Shown here: positions 13,200 to 23,953 of the stretch, piece after piece
How the letters are laid out: each line of letters begins with the position of its first letter
Numbering within the stretch: the first letter of the stretch is position 1
Source: Psammoneis japonica
Lineage: Eukaryota
Direction of reading: 5' to 3'
Length of the DNA: 64,000 nt
Assembly (NCBI GenBank): GCA_008632985.1
Contig: QPGO01000125.1
Span: 1-64,000, forward strand
Notes under the pieces: generated by a model
The model's database searches: none
The model's input: the letters and a program-made list of their open reading frames with translations, nothing else
Told to the model about the DNA's origin: nothing
Position numbers and translations under genes: made by a program

Positions 13200-14810
13200 T
13201 CACTGCCCCCCCCCCCCCCCCAATCTGCAACTCAGTCCATGTGTGGCAGACTTGCTTTGCCTGCCACTGAGCACACTCTTGACAGAAACAGAAGACAAAA
13301 AGCAGACCCAACCACTTTGCAAAAAGTTGAGGCATGGAGCCAAAAGGCAGAGAGAGCAGGAGTCACTCTGGCGCTGGTGCTGAGAAAAGTGACTCTCCTC
13401 AACTGTGTGCCAGCATGGCAAGAGACCTTGCACCTGCACCACAGTCAGAGAGTTGTTGTGCAGCACTGGCAGTGCTCCATGGGGGTCACCCATGTTGGAC
13501 AGCAAGAGCTGAAATGTGAAAATGTCTTTCAGGCCAGTGTGAAGCTGGAGCTGTGCCACTTTGTCAGCTGCAGTGCACCCCCATTTTTGGGCATGTTTGC
13601 ATGGTCTGGGTGATCTTTTGTTGTCAAAGTGATGGCCTTCTCAACAATGTCTGCCGCAAAAGTGTCTGTCACAACTTGGCTCTCTTTGTTGCTGTGTGTG
13701 CTTTGAGCTCCACTTGCACACTGGTGGCAGGAGCAAGAGAGATCACCAACCTGTCTGGCTCAAATTGACAACACACGGATCAGGCAATCCAAAAGTGACC
13801 CCTTTTTGCAGAAGCAAACCCCCTCCCCCAAGTGCTTTGCAAAATGAGCTCCCCAGCTGTCAGTTTTTTCCTGCAGATGTTGGCACACCAACAACACCAG
13901 CACAGTTGTGCAACCAACATGAGACATTGCAGCGTGTGCACCCCACCATGGTTGGCCAGTTTGTGCACTGACAAAAGAAGTGTCACAAGGTGACGTGCAC
14001 AAGCAGTGACAGACAGCGGCGCACCACTGGCCACTGTCAATTGTGCAAATTTTCCAGCTCCAGCTAGAAGGGTCTGCACACTTGGCCCAGCAAAGAAGTG
14101 TGTGAGCACATGAAATTTCTTGTTCCCTCCAGTTCTTAAAACTGGTGTGTGCAGCATGCACACACAAGATGCAGCACAGGAGGCAACTGACTTGTTTCGT
14201 CTCTCATGTGAAGCCCCAAAATGCCTTGCTTTTGCTGCTCCTTGCAAATCAAAGGGCTCTCACAAACACTGCAGCCCAGAGGAGGGCAGCGGAAGTGAGA
14301 CACAAGTGCTTTGAAATCCATGCTGAGCAAACAGTGCCAAAAAACACAAGACATGTCTGCTGTTGCTGCACCAAACGCCCAAGAAGGCAGCACCACATTT
14401 CTCTCTCTCCTGCTCTCTCTCTCTCTCTCCCCAACAAAGCCCCGTTGTTGCAACAAGAAATGTCTGGGCTTTGCTCTGCAGATTTTTTGATTGCTGCTTT
14501 CCACTCGCCAGAGTTTTCGCGCATCTTTTGCAAATTTGAGTTGTGTTGCCATTTGGTGCAACCCAAATGTCAAGTTTTCACCAAGTGGCAAGTTCACTGC
14601 ATCAAAAGCCCAACCCACACCTCCACAAAATCCAGCACAAATTTTTCTTTTGTGCCACACAGCTTGCACACAGGGCATCTCTTGACATCTCAAGGCAAGG
14701 CTTCATGATGTGCAAGAATCCTTGGGGAAATTGTCTCCATGTTTGGCACCACCAAAAGAGCTGCAGTTGAATCTGACAATCAAGCTGCTGAGGCCAATTT
14801 GCTGCCACCA
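13200..14810 (-). pseudogene. Decayed gene of unknown function, paralog of 23954-24800
   Basis: 14590-14800 aligns with 24590-24790 (AGFCGGVGWAFD vs AGFYGGVHWAFD; GLSSLIVRFNCSSF vs SLSDLNIRFDCISF). Confidence 0.5.
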
Positions 14811-16206
14811 TGGACAAAAATGAAGATCAAACCTTGTCTTGTCATTCTTGCTTTTTTATGCTGATGTCGTTTGTGGGCTGGGTCTGTGGAGGTGAGGCAA
14901 GAGAAGGGAGAGAAAACTTGACCCCAGGCATTTGTTTGAGTTTTCTCACTTGCGCAGCGCTTTTTTTTCAATCAAGCTGCAAATTCTTGAGCAAGTTTGG
15001 ACTCAAGCCATTGTTGGCTGCTTGTGCATGTGTTGTCAAAGGGACAGGTGTGATGCAGTCAAAGGTTTGGCTTGTTGAGAGCATCAACGCAGCTGCTGTT
15101 GTCAGCTCTCAGAGTGTCAGCAGAGGGGGGGGGGGGGGCGGCCAAGGTGTGGTCAAACTGGAGAGGTGCAGAGGCACCAGGCCATCAAAGTGTGAGCTGC
15201 AGTCTCCACAGGGGTGCTGCAGCAGAGCCAGTTTGGCAAGCCAACAAAGCAAATTTTGTGTGGGTGCCTGCCACAGGACTCTTGGAAATTGAGTTGCCAT
15301 TGAGAACACAGACAATCAAGTGGCCAGGCAAGTGGCCAACACTTCTTGAAAAGTTGGATCGTGCATCTCCACACATGCCAAAGCAGAAGCTGGTGTGACG
15401 TTGCAAAACAAGAGGTGGAAATGCAGGCTGCAGGCTGCACACACAGTCTCAGCACTTGGATGCATTAAACCAGAAGCCTTGAAGGTGAGAAGGGCAGGTC
15501 ATTGGGAAAAATGTTCATTGCATGTAGAAACAATGCCAGATCTTGTGCACAGAAATGCCGGTGGTTGCAGCAAACAGACAGCAATCAACTGACACCAAAT
15601 GACAACTCACACTCACACTTGCAACAAGGGCCACAACAGAGACAGCACTTTCACCCCAAAGAGTGAAGAAGTTGATTGAACAACGGAAAAAGGAAGCAGT
15701 GCCAAAGACCAACTTGTGTGGACAGAGGTGGACCAGAGATGTGACAAGCAAATCATGAGCAGGTTCATGTGGAAATGCTGCGAGATCTTGCACGCAGCTG
15801 CTGATGGGCACAGCAAATGGATGACAGTCAAAGGACATTGAAGGATGACTCATGTTTCGTGGGCATGTCCACAGTGTCAGCAAGTTTGCTTTGGGAAAGA
15901 CACGCTGTTTGCACCTTGAATTGCTCCAAATTTGCAAGGGGCAAGAAGGGGTGCCAGACAGGGCTGCAATGTTTGAGAAGGATGTTGGGGTGTGTGTGTG
16001 TGTGTGATGCACAAAATTTGCAAACTTTGCTGGGGTGAAGTGGCCAAGGGCAAACAGCCGCTGCTTTCTAAAAAGGCCATCAGCTGGCCTTCAATTCTTG
16101 ACTGTGCCTTCATTTGTGACCACTGCCAGGCTGTTGATCATGCAGGGGCAGCAAGCATCTGAAATGGGCTCTCTGTGTTCTTGCCTGGTGTCATGGCAGG
16201 ACAAAT

Positions 16207-16637
16207 TGCCCTGTGTATGTACTGGGCGCTGAAAAGAAGATGTGTTACGACTTAGTCGTTGTGAAAATTATGAGCTAGTTTAGAGTAGAGAAAGTGGGAT
16301 CGTGCGAATAGGGAATCTTGCCAAATCCCTATTCGTTCGCATTTGGATCGTATCAAATCGATCGTGCGTTCGCATTATGGATCGTGCGAATCAAGCCATC
16401 ACGCGCTATGCACGAGTGATGTCATCGTGTGGAATCACGCTACCATCGTGGGCCAGACGACGGGCTAGTGTGCTTCACACGGATGCTCTCTTAGCATCCT
16501 TCTGGAATTGCCTAAGACCTAGAGCCACGCCCTCCTGTGGTCGTGCTTCCCAGGTACGCGTTAACAATACTACGTTGCCACGTACAAGAGGCTTATGCAC
16601 GGTCTCGCCGTGTTGTCCAGTAGCGAGGCATACTGCA
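16207..16637 (-). repeat. 3' LTR (TpA largely intact)
   Basis: TG...CA termini. Collinear with 23523-23953. Contains 26 TpA by manual count. Confidence 0.95.
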
Positions 16638-16648
16638 CACTCCCCCAT
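16638..16648 (-). promoter_or_regulatory. Polypurine tract
   Basis: Minus strand ATGGGGGAGTG immediately precedes the 3' LTR. Confidence 0.8.
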
Positions 16649-16676
16649 GATCAGGGCCGTTAAGTGACAGGATGTC

Positions 16677-18073
16677 TTACTGGTGATAGGGTACAATCTG
16701 CCGTAGATTGTACGTATCTATCAGCGCTCCGTTCTGGATACGCAACGTGCCGTTGTCATAGGTATACACGGACAACTCTGGCGGGTCCTGCATAGCTGTC
16801 AGAACCGTATTTAGAGAATTGTTCCTGTTTGATAAGTACCAATTGCCCTACGGTATATTGATACTCCTTGCGTTTCTGATTTTCACGCTTGTTGTTTAAG
16901 TGGATAAGCTTCTGCTTTCTGGTTTCTATGTACTTCCACTTAGCACGATAGGCAATAGATAAAACCGCATCGCGTCCGAAGACCAATTGCATGGGACTTG
17001 CACGCGTGGTCGTATGTACCGTAGCTCTAATAGCGAAGGCTACTGCAGAGAGGATGCCACTCCATGGGTCATCTTCGTCCAGTTCCATATCCTGTACTGA
17101 AAAGGAACGTACCATGTTACCAAGTGTCTGGTGTACACGTTCCACTATGGCATTCGCCTGTGGATTTCGCTTACTTATGGGTTTCTTCAAAATCCCATAG
17201 TCATTTTTAATCATCTGGCTAAATTCTGCCATAAATTCTGTCCCACGGTCATAAACCACCTGGGTTGGCCACGGATATCTGCATAGCCACGTTTGTTCCA
17301 CGACGTTTGCTACGACGTCTGCGCGTTTCGTAGACACTTCTTCAATCTCGAACCACCCGGTTGCTGGGTCAATCATTGTGACTGCCCGTAATTGCAAAGT
17401 GTCCTTTCCGCGTCTTTGAATTTTATATGGCCCTATCATATCTATGCATAAAGTCTCCCATGGAATTATCTCGGCGACCTTTTCTGGTAGCTTCCCATAA
17501 CGCTGCGTTCGGCGTTTTGTCTTCTGGCATCGATCGCACTTAACGCACGTAGAATGCACCGTAGACCTCATACTAGGCCAATAGAAGTGCTGGGCAATAG
17601 ATGTTTCCGTACGTGTCTCACCTGGATGACACAGTGTCTCGTGGTACCATTCAGTTAGCGGAACCTGCAATGACTGTGGTACTGCGATTTTGTCCTTATG
17701 ACAGATTAACTGTCGTGATGACCCTCCCCCACGATACGCGCGAATGGAGTAGTCGGACGAGTCCTTAGCTCGTGAGAGTAGGCGCTTGTCCTTTTGTTGT
17801 GCTTTTTGAATGCGCTTGAAGCTAACAGGCAGAGATGCATCGTCTTGCGCGTCTGCATTAAAGGCTTCATGTAAAGGACGACTCGATGGAGTGTCTTTTA
17901 CATCCAGATTGGCCTTGGAAGGCAAGCTGGGTGCCAGCCGAAGGCGACTAAGAGCGTCAGCGACTGGGTCATGGGTGCCCTCAACATGGCGTAATTCGGG
18001 ACCGCATTCTTCGCATGTTGACCGCCAGCGCATAACGCGCTCGGCATTGAACACTTTGTACGTAAGATTTTTA
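16677..18073 (-). pseudogene. Gypsy pol: end of RNase H plus integrase (HHCC, DDE, GPY/F-like tail)
   Basis: WYHETLCHPG..HFYWP..CDRC, IDMIGPY, TMIDPATGWFE, YDRGTEF, NAIVERVH. A 4-bp insertion at ~16761 frameshifts the last ~27 codons. Confidence 0.92.
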
Positions 18074-20122
18074 GACCCTGTCCAAACTGGATCATGCGCA
18101 TGATCACACATGACGTCACAGAGCCTAAAATCAGCCTCTTCGAAAAAAACAGTGGTCATTGGCCCAGTGCATGACGCAATTTTAGGCCATGCGACATTTC
18201 CAGAGGAACAGTGTTCTTGCGATGACACTGTTCCTCGGGAAATGTCATGCCCCCGAATCATGCCCCATTGTGCCCCCGTCCAATGACCGACATGGTGTCG
18301 GTTTTAGATGGATCCAAAGCGCGCATGGCTGCAATCTACATGAGACAACTGCACAATGCCATGCATGAGTTGTTTGTTGTCTTTGGGGGGCATTGTGTGC
18401 CATTTTCTAGACTCTTCTGGCTCAGCAATTCTGCCAAGCATTTTCTCAATGAACTCACATCAGATGTTCTTGCAGCCAACTGCTTTGGTCACAAGTTGCA
18501 CATGCACATGATTTTTGTGACAAGAGGTGTTCTTAATGTGGCTTGTTGCTGCCTCATGGTTGCGTTCTTGTCGTCATGGTGAGGTCGTTCTCGCCGTCGC
18601 GTGTTGTCATTTGTTTTTGCTTGGGCTGTCTGGCATTGCTGCACGTGCTGCAGAAATGAATCACTCGACTGATGTCTCCGGGTGTGCGATGTGTTTTCAT
18701 CCCAGGTGAGAAACGCACACACGGAGGTGAGGCGTTTCATCTGTCCCTTTTCCATCGCCGTGCTTTTTGTGCGAGCAAATCTGACTGGACTTTCCCCCAA
18801 TTTTTCGTTTCTTCTTTCCACAGACATGTTCATTTTGAAAAGCCAGCCGTCATTCTCATTGGTTGAAGGGTGCGCACAAGAAAAGCGCTGTCTCGAAAGC
18901 GGCATTTTTTGGAGTGAAACTGACAGCTGTCTGCTCGTTGTTGTCATTCTGGTGCATTTGAGAGACTGTTCTGCTGTTTCTTTCACCGAATCTGACTGCT
19001 TTGAAAGAATGTGCGCATTGTTCATTGTACAAAGAGCTCACACCAAAAAAGAACGGCGTTCTAACTCTGTCACTTGCATGAGAAAAATCGGGGGAACTGA
19101 CTTCGCACGTGATTTTTTTGCGCGATCGGCCATTTCAAAGATCGACTGATTTGTCGACCTGTGTGGGATGCTTGAGTGAACAAAACAATGGGATTGAAAT
19201 GGTGGCGTCAAAGTTCAATGTGTGTCTGGTTGTCATGTGATTTGACATGCCCAAGCAGAGTTAAAGATGAAATGTTGACAAAATTTCACCACTCAAAATG
19301 ACCAGTTCCATCTTAGAATAAAATGAAATGGCTGCAACACTGAGATGTCGCCAATGGCATTGTTCCACTTTACAACAATGAAACTGTCACACTTGCATCT
19401 GAGATTTTTTGTCCTCACACACCCTCAAAACCGAACACATGACGATTCTCTTGTCGGCAGCGAAATCTGATGTTGTCGCGCGACCCAAAAGCGTCGTCCA
19501 TGGTGACTCAAAGTGCGGACGATGCATTGCAAGAGTCACAGCAACGTGTCATAGAAACGTTCTTCGTTGTCAGCATCCGGTGTCAAGCAGATGGAGCAGC
19601 GTGTTGATGAGAATCCCACTTCGCAAGCTGAGGAAGAGAGAAAGAGGCATCAAAAACATCATGAGTCAAAAGGCTGTCCATGAGGCACAACAAAAAACAA
19701 AGATCAAATTTTCAACCACATCATCGCATTGAGCGTTGTCTCATTGACCTGTCTCGGCATTCTCACCTTCTCAGTCACAACATCCGTTGGTGCAAGAATG
19801 GACGAGTTCATGGCGATGGCATGGTGCCATTTTCGGTTTGCGCGAATTGTGGTTTGTGGTTCGAGACATGGAAAAACATGTTTTTGCTGTCATGGAGCTC
19901 GTTTTTTACCAAGATTTTTGGCACCAAATGTACGTCTCATGTAGAAACACGTAGAAAACCTCGTGATGTGTCCAAAAGTTTCTCACCTGGGATGAAAACA
20001 CATCGTGCATCATGCGTGCAATTGAGTTTGGAAAGGACAATGCAAGTGTGACCCATGACATCAGCGAAAAAGCCTTCGTGACGCAGGTGTGATCATGGGT
20101 GTGATCCAGTTTGGACAGGGTC
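18074..20122. mobile_element. PIF/Harbinger-like non-autonomous element nested in Gypsy RNase H
   Basis: TIR GACCCTGTCCAAACTGGATCA (18074-18094; reverse complement 20102-20122). TSD is TTA on the left and TTG on the right. Removing it restores D-H-K-N-L-T-Y in frame. Confidence 0.85.
18688..20004. mobile_element. Sola-like non-autonomous element (1.3 kb) nested in the Harbinger-like element
   Basis: Perfect 27-bp TIR GATGTGTTTTCATCCCAGGTGAGAAAC, 4-bp TSD GTGC. Confidence 0.8.
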
Positions 20123-20125
20123 TTG

Positions 20126-22320
20126 TGATCAGCACGTGCAATTGCACGATGACCAAGGAGAATCGCTCGAAATTCTTTCAACGTCTCCACAATGGCGAGT
20201 GATTCTCTCTCCGTTGTTGCACAATTTAGTTGCGCACTGTTGAGCTTTCTGCTGTAAAAGGCGATGGGTTTGTTGTCTTGGGATGTGACTGCTCCCAATT
20301 GACATTTAGAGGCATCGGCATGCATCTCAAAGGGTTTGTTAAAATCAGGATGTGACAATGAAACATCATCTGACATCACCCGTTTGACGGTTTCGAACGC
20401 CTCGTCTTCAACGGACGTCCACTCCCACTTGACAGTCTCGCTTGCGAGTCGTGTTGGCGGAGCCAAGACTTCAGAACGTCTGATCCACGTGTCACGGCAG
20501 TGGTTCACCACACCAACAAATGAGCGCAGGTCGCGTTTGTTGGCTGGGGTCGTGATTCGCTTGATGGCGTCGACTTCATCAGGTGTTGGTCGCACCGCGT
20601 CTCTGTTGACCAGGTGACCCAAGCACTCTAATTGGGTTTGACAGAAGTGAGATTTAGTTGCATTGACTTTTAGTCCTGCTTTCTGGACCCTCAACAAAAC
20701 TTCTTCAAGTTTGTTGAGGTGATCTTCACAGGTGCCTTTCGTCACGACGAGAAGGTCATCCAAGCACGTTCGAACGAACGACAGATCTTCAAATGAGCCT
20801 GACATGCGTTCGACGCGTTCCAGCCCCAGGTGGGACTCCGTGTGACATTTGGCCCGTAGAATTCTACGTGCGAGCTCCGCAGCACAAGAATTTAATCAAT
20901 GGATGTGTTCATCTTCAACATCAAATAAACGGCCAAGTTTGTGGCACAATCATGCCTCTCACCACTCGACGTTTTTGCAAATGCACCTGCCCCACGCAAT
21001 TCTTAAGACATTGTAGAATCGCGCTGCAACAAAAAATGTCAAAAGTTTTTGGACGGATCGCTCAACAAGTGCACCGTAAAATGACACAAAATGTCAAAAA
21101 ATCACGTAGAATTCTACGTGCGCGACATACGACGAGATTCAAAAAACTGTCGATGTCACAGTTCAGCAGTGCGAGGTCCCACCTGGACCTGGAACGCGTC
21201 GTTCTTGGAAAATGTCTGGCGAATTGCATGACCCCATGGGCAATGCCTGCATCTCACACTTGCCCCACGGGAAGATGAGCGTGCAGAGCTTCTTGCCATC
21301 AGTGTCCAATCGGATGTGATGACAGCCCATGTTCAAACACAGCGATGCAGCCCACACAAAGCCTTCGAGCTCAAGCAGCATGTCTTGGACATGAGGAATC
21401 GGACAAGGCAATCGCTTGATCCGTTTGTTCAGCTCTCTGAAATCATTGACAAAGTGCACCGTCAAATCTTTCTTCGGTGTGACAAATGATGGAGCTGCCC
21501 ATTGGGATCGGTTGACGCGTTTGAGAACACCGATGCGCACTGGGCGTTCTACTTCTTTACGCAGCGTGGCTTCGTGCGCACGAGGCACTTTACACGGATG
21601 AGCGTGGTGTGGTTCTACACCCTCCTTGAGCTGGACATGGCAGGGTTCTCCCTTCCATTCTCCTAGTGTCCCATCAAACAAGGACTCATGGCGTTTCAAC
21701 AGTGCCAAAAGGTCGTTTTGTTGAACTGTAGAAAATCCCACTGCCCCTCGCGTTATGTCCTTGAGGCAGGCCGGCGCATGCTCAGTGTCTAAAATGCGTG
21801 AAATCCGGTCGGTTTCCGAAGACAAGGCTTCTGGATCTTGAAGATAGAAGGAGGTTTCTGCCGCAGCATCTGCGTGCCTCATTGGCACTTCTCCATTGAC
21901 CAGTGGCCACTCTGTCATCTGCTTAGAGAAGACAACATCAATGCCTTGTGTCTCCAGAATGTCACGTCCAATGATCGTGTCGTGCTTGCCCAACTTTCCG
22001 TTGTGCATGTGGACGGCATGTTTGAGTTCTACAGTTTCGGACAATTCTGGCAACCGAAATTTAACGGTGCAGTCGTCAGACGCACTGAACGAGCCTGCTG
22101 CCGTAGTCCAGTTTGTCTCAGCCGTTGAATGGCTTCGCAGACGCTTGCAGCATCGACTGTCGAGTAGAGCACTGCTGGCGCCACTGTCCAGCAGTGCCTT
22201 GATGGTTTGAGTCTTGCCCTTGCCATGTTTGGCATTCACAGCTGCAAACAAGATTGGAGCAAGATGAGCCTTTTTAGTTCGTTTGCGGGGTTGGCCTGCA
22301 ACACGTGTGCGACGGCAACT
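20126..22320 (-). pseudogene. Gypsy pol: aspartic protease, reverse transcriptase and RNase H, hypermutated
   Basis: LLDSGAS; WAAPSF..PKKD; DFRELNKRI; LPMG..NSPDIFQ; CLDD (=YLDD); DAS..QLGA..SQ..KPIAFYSRKL; ERE.LAIVETLKEFR. Confidence 0.92.
20812..21200. mobile_element. Sola-like MITE (389 bp) inserted in RT
   Basis: 25-bp TIR GACGCGTTCCAG(CC/GT)CCAGGTGGGAC, TSD GTTC. Removing it restores I-F-Q-E-R-M-S. Two internal CGTAGAATTCTACG palindromes. Confidence 0.85.
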
Positions 22321-22383
22321 CAGTTGTTCATTTGTGCATTCATCTGATGTGTTGAAACCACCTGCATCGTGTCGGCCCCCTTC

Positions 22384-23428
22384 TCAGGTGTCCGAATCTT
22401 TGGAATCACTTGAGTTGAGGTCGCGGAAGTGATTGAGCTCCTCCTCGCGTGCCTTGCGCTTTTTCTGAGCATTGGCAAAGAACTCCTCGACCTTCGATCC
22501 GATGAGAGCATCAATGTCTTCCTCATTCCAAGGTTTTGCACCAGGCTTGCTGCCTCCATCATTGGAATGTCCAGTCTTGACACGTTTCACGTGGTGCTTG
22601 AGCTGACGGCAATCCTCCGCATGATGTCCACAGTCAGTCCCGTGTGGCATGCACGACTTCTGGGTGTTCCGTTGGGTCGTGATCAACGACTCAGGATTGT
22701 CCGTTCTATGTCCCCGCTCATGCAGAATCTCAGCATGTTGGTCCAGGTTACCTTCGGCAAGCTCGACCTGCTTGATGCGCTCGCAGAACTGTGCAAATTC
22801 GGCGATGGCATGCGCCAACGGGTCAAAATTCTGTAGCGTCATGAACTTCTGCCATGCATTCGGCACACCGCACTCGAACATGTCGTGCAGTTTGTCATTG
22901 GGCAATGGTGCCGGTGCTTCTCCATCCTCCATCACGGGTGGAAACTGAGAGACACAGCCGTTAATTTCAACAGCCCTCACGACGCAGTCACGAGCAGAAA
23001 CCTCTGCGGGCTTGCGCATGAAGCGCCTCAGACAGATGCTTCTGCAACAGCACCGCCCCATGTGGGAAGATGCTTTCCTTTAGCTTCGCGACGCATGCTG
23101 TGCACGCAGCGTTGGCTTGGGATGCCTGCTTGTCAGCGGCATCATTGAATGACGTCAGAGCATCGCCCTGCAGCAGGTCACGCACAAGGGCAAATTTCGC
23201 TGGCACGGTCGTCATGTTTTGTCCTTCGTGCACACGATCCACGTTGCGCAGAAAGATTGGGAGTGTCTTGCATGCAGCCGCAGAAAGGCACGGGATGCCC
23301 ATCTCATGTGTTGGACTGTCCGGATCAGCGGGGTTGTCATGCAGTTTGAACGTCTGGCACTCGCCCTGCTGCAGCTCTTTCTTCTCCGGCCGTGCGAACG
23401 GAATCGGCGGCTCAACCCACTTCTTCAT
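22384..23428 (-). pseudogene. Gypsy gag (frameshifted, hypermutated)
   Basis: MKKWVEPPIPFARP...LLQGDALTSF...RRFMRKP...P.AWQ...F.ER, and a decayed C..HG...H....C knuckle. Confidence 0.75.
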
Positions 23429-23522
23429 GGTCGTTTTGAGATTTGTCGGTCCTGCCAACATTTCGTAGTTTCGTTTCTGCAGATTTTGTTGCCTCGCACA
23501 ACATGCGGGAGCAATGTCACTG

Positions 23523-23953
23523 TGCCCTGTGCACATGCTAGGCACTGAAAAGAAGATGTGTCACAACTTTGTCGTTGTGAAAATTGTGAGCCAGTTTAGA
23601 GCAGAGAAAGTGGGATCGTGCGAATGGGGAATCTTGCCAAATCCCCATTCGTTCGCATTTGGATCGCATCAAATCGATCGTGCGTTCGCATTGTGGATCG
23701 TGTGAATCAAGCCATCACGCGCTGTGCACGAGTGATGTCATCGTGTGGAATCACGCTGCCATCGTGGGCCAGACAACGGGCTGGTGTGCTTCACACGGAT
23801 GCTCTCTTGGCATCCTTCTGGAATTGCCTGAGACCCAGAGCCACGCCCTCCTGTGGCAGTGCTTCCCAGTCACACGTCAACAATGCTGCGTTGCCACGTG
23901 CAAGAGGCTCATGCACGGTCTCGCCGTGTTGTCCAGCAGCGAGGCACACTGCG
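23523..23953 (-). repeat. 5' LTR (TpA-erased)
   Basis: Collinear with 16207-16637. Only 2 TpA remain. Confidence 0.95.

Larger units (their letters stand above)
1..16206. other. TpA-depleted (hypermutated) repeat/pseudogene domain I
   Basis: TA is almost absent while TG/CA are abundant. ORFs are Cys/His-rich and Tyr-poor. CpG is also low outside 3170-11284. Confidence 0.9.
16207..23953 (-). mobile_element. Ty3/Gypsy LTR retrotransposon, full length, with nested insertions
   Basis: Two 431-bp LTRs, 4-bp TSD AAAT (16203-16206, 23954-23957), gag-PR-RT-RH-IN order on the minus strand, PPT. Confidence 0.95.

Noticed and set aside
168..16200. Numerous Cys/His-rich ORFs as novel metal-binding proteins
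   Set aside because: They are a by-product of TA loss: TAA/TAG stops removed and TG/CA in excess.
16207..16637. Classical RIP (CA/TG->TA) acting on the left LTR
   Set aside because: The TA-rich side has an intact integrase with conserved Tyr and keeps many CA/TG. The TA-poor side has lost catalytic Tyr. The direction is the reverse of RIP.
23500..23522. tRNA primer-binding site of the Gypsy element
   Set aside because: No TGG-starting tRNA complement is recognisable, and the region is mutated.
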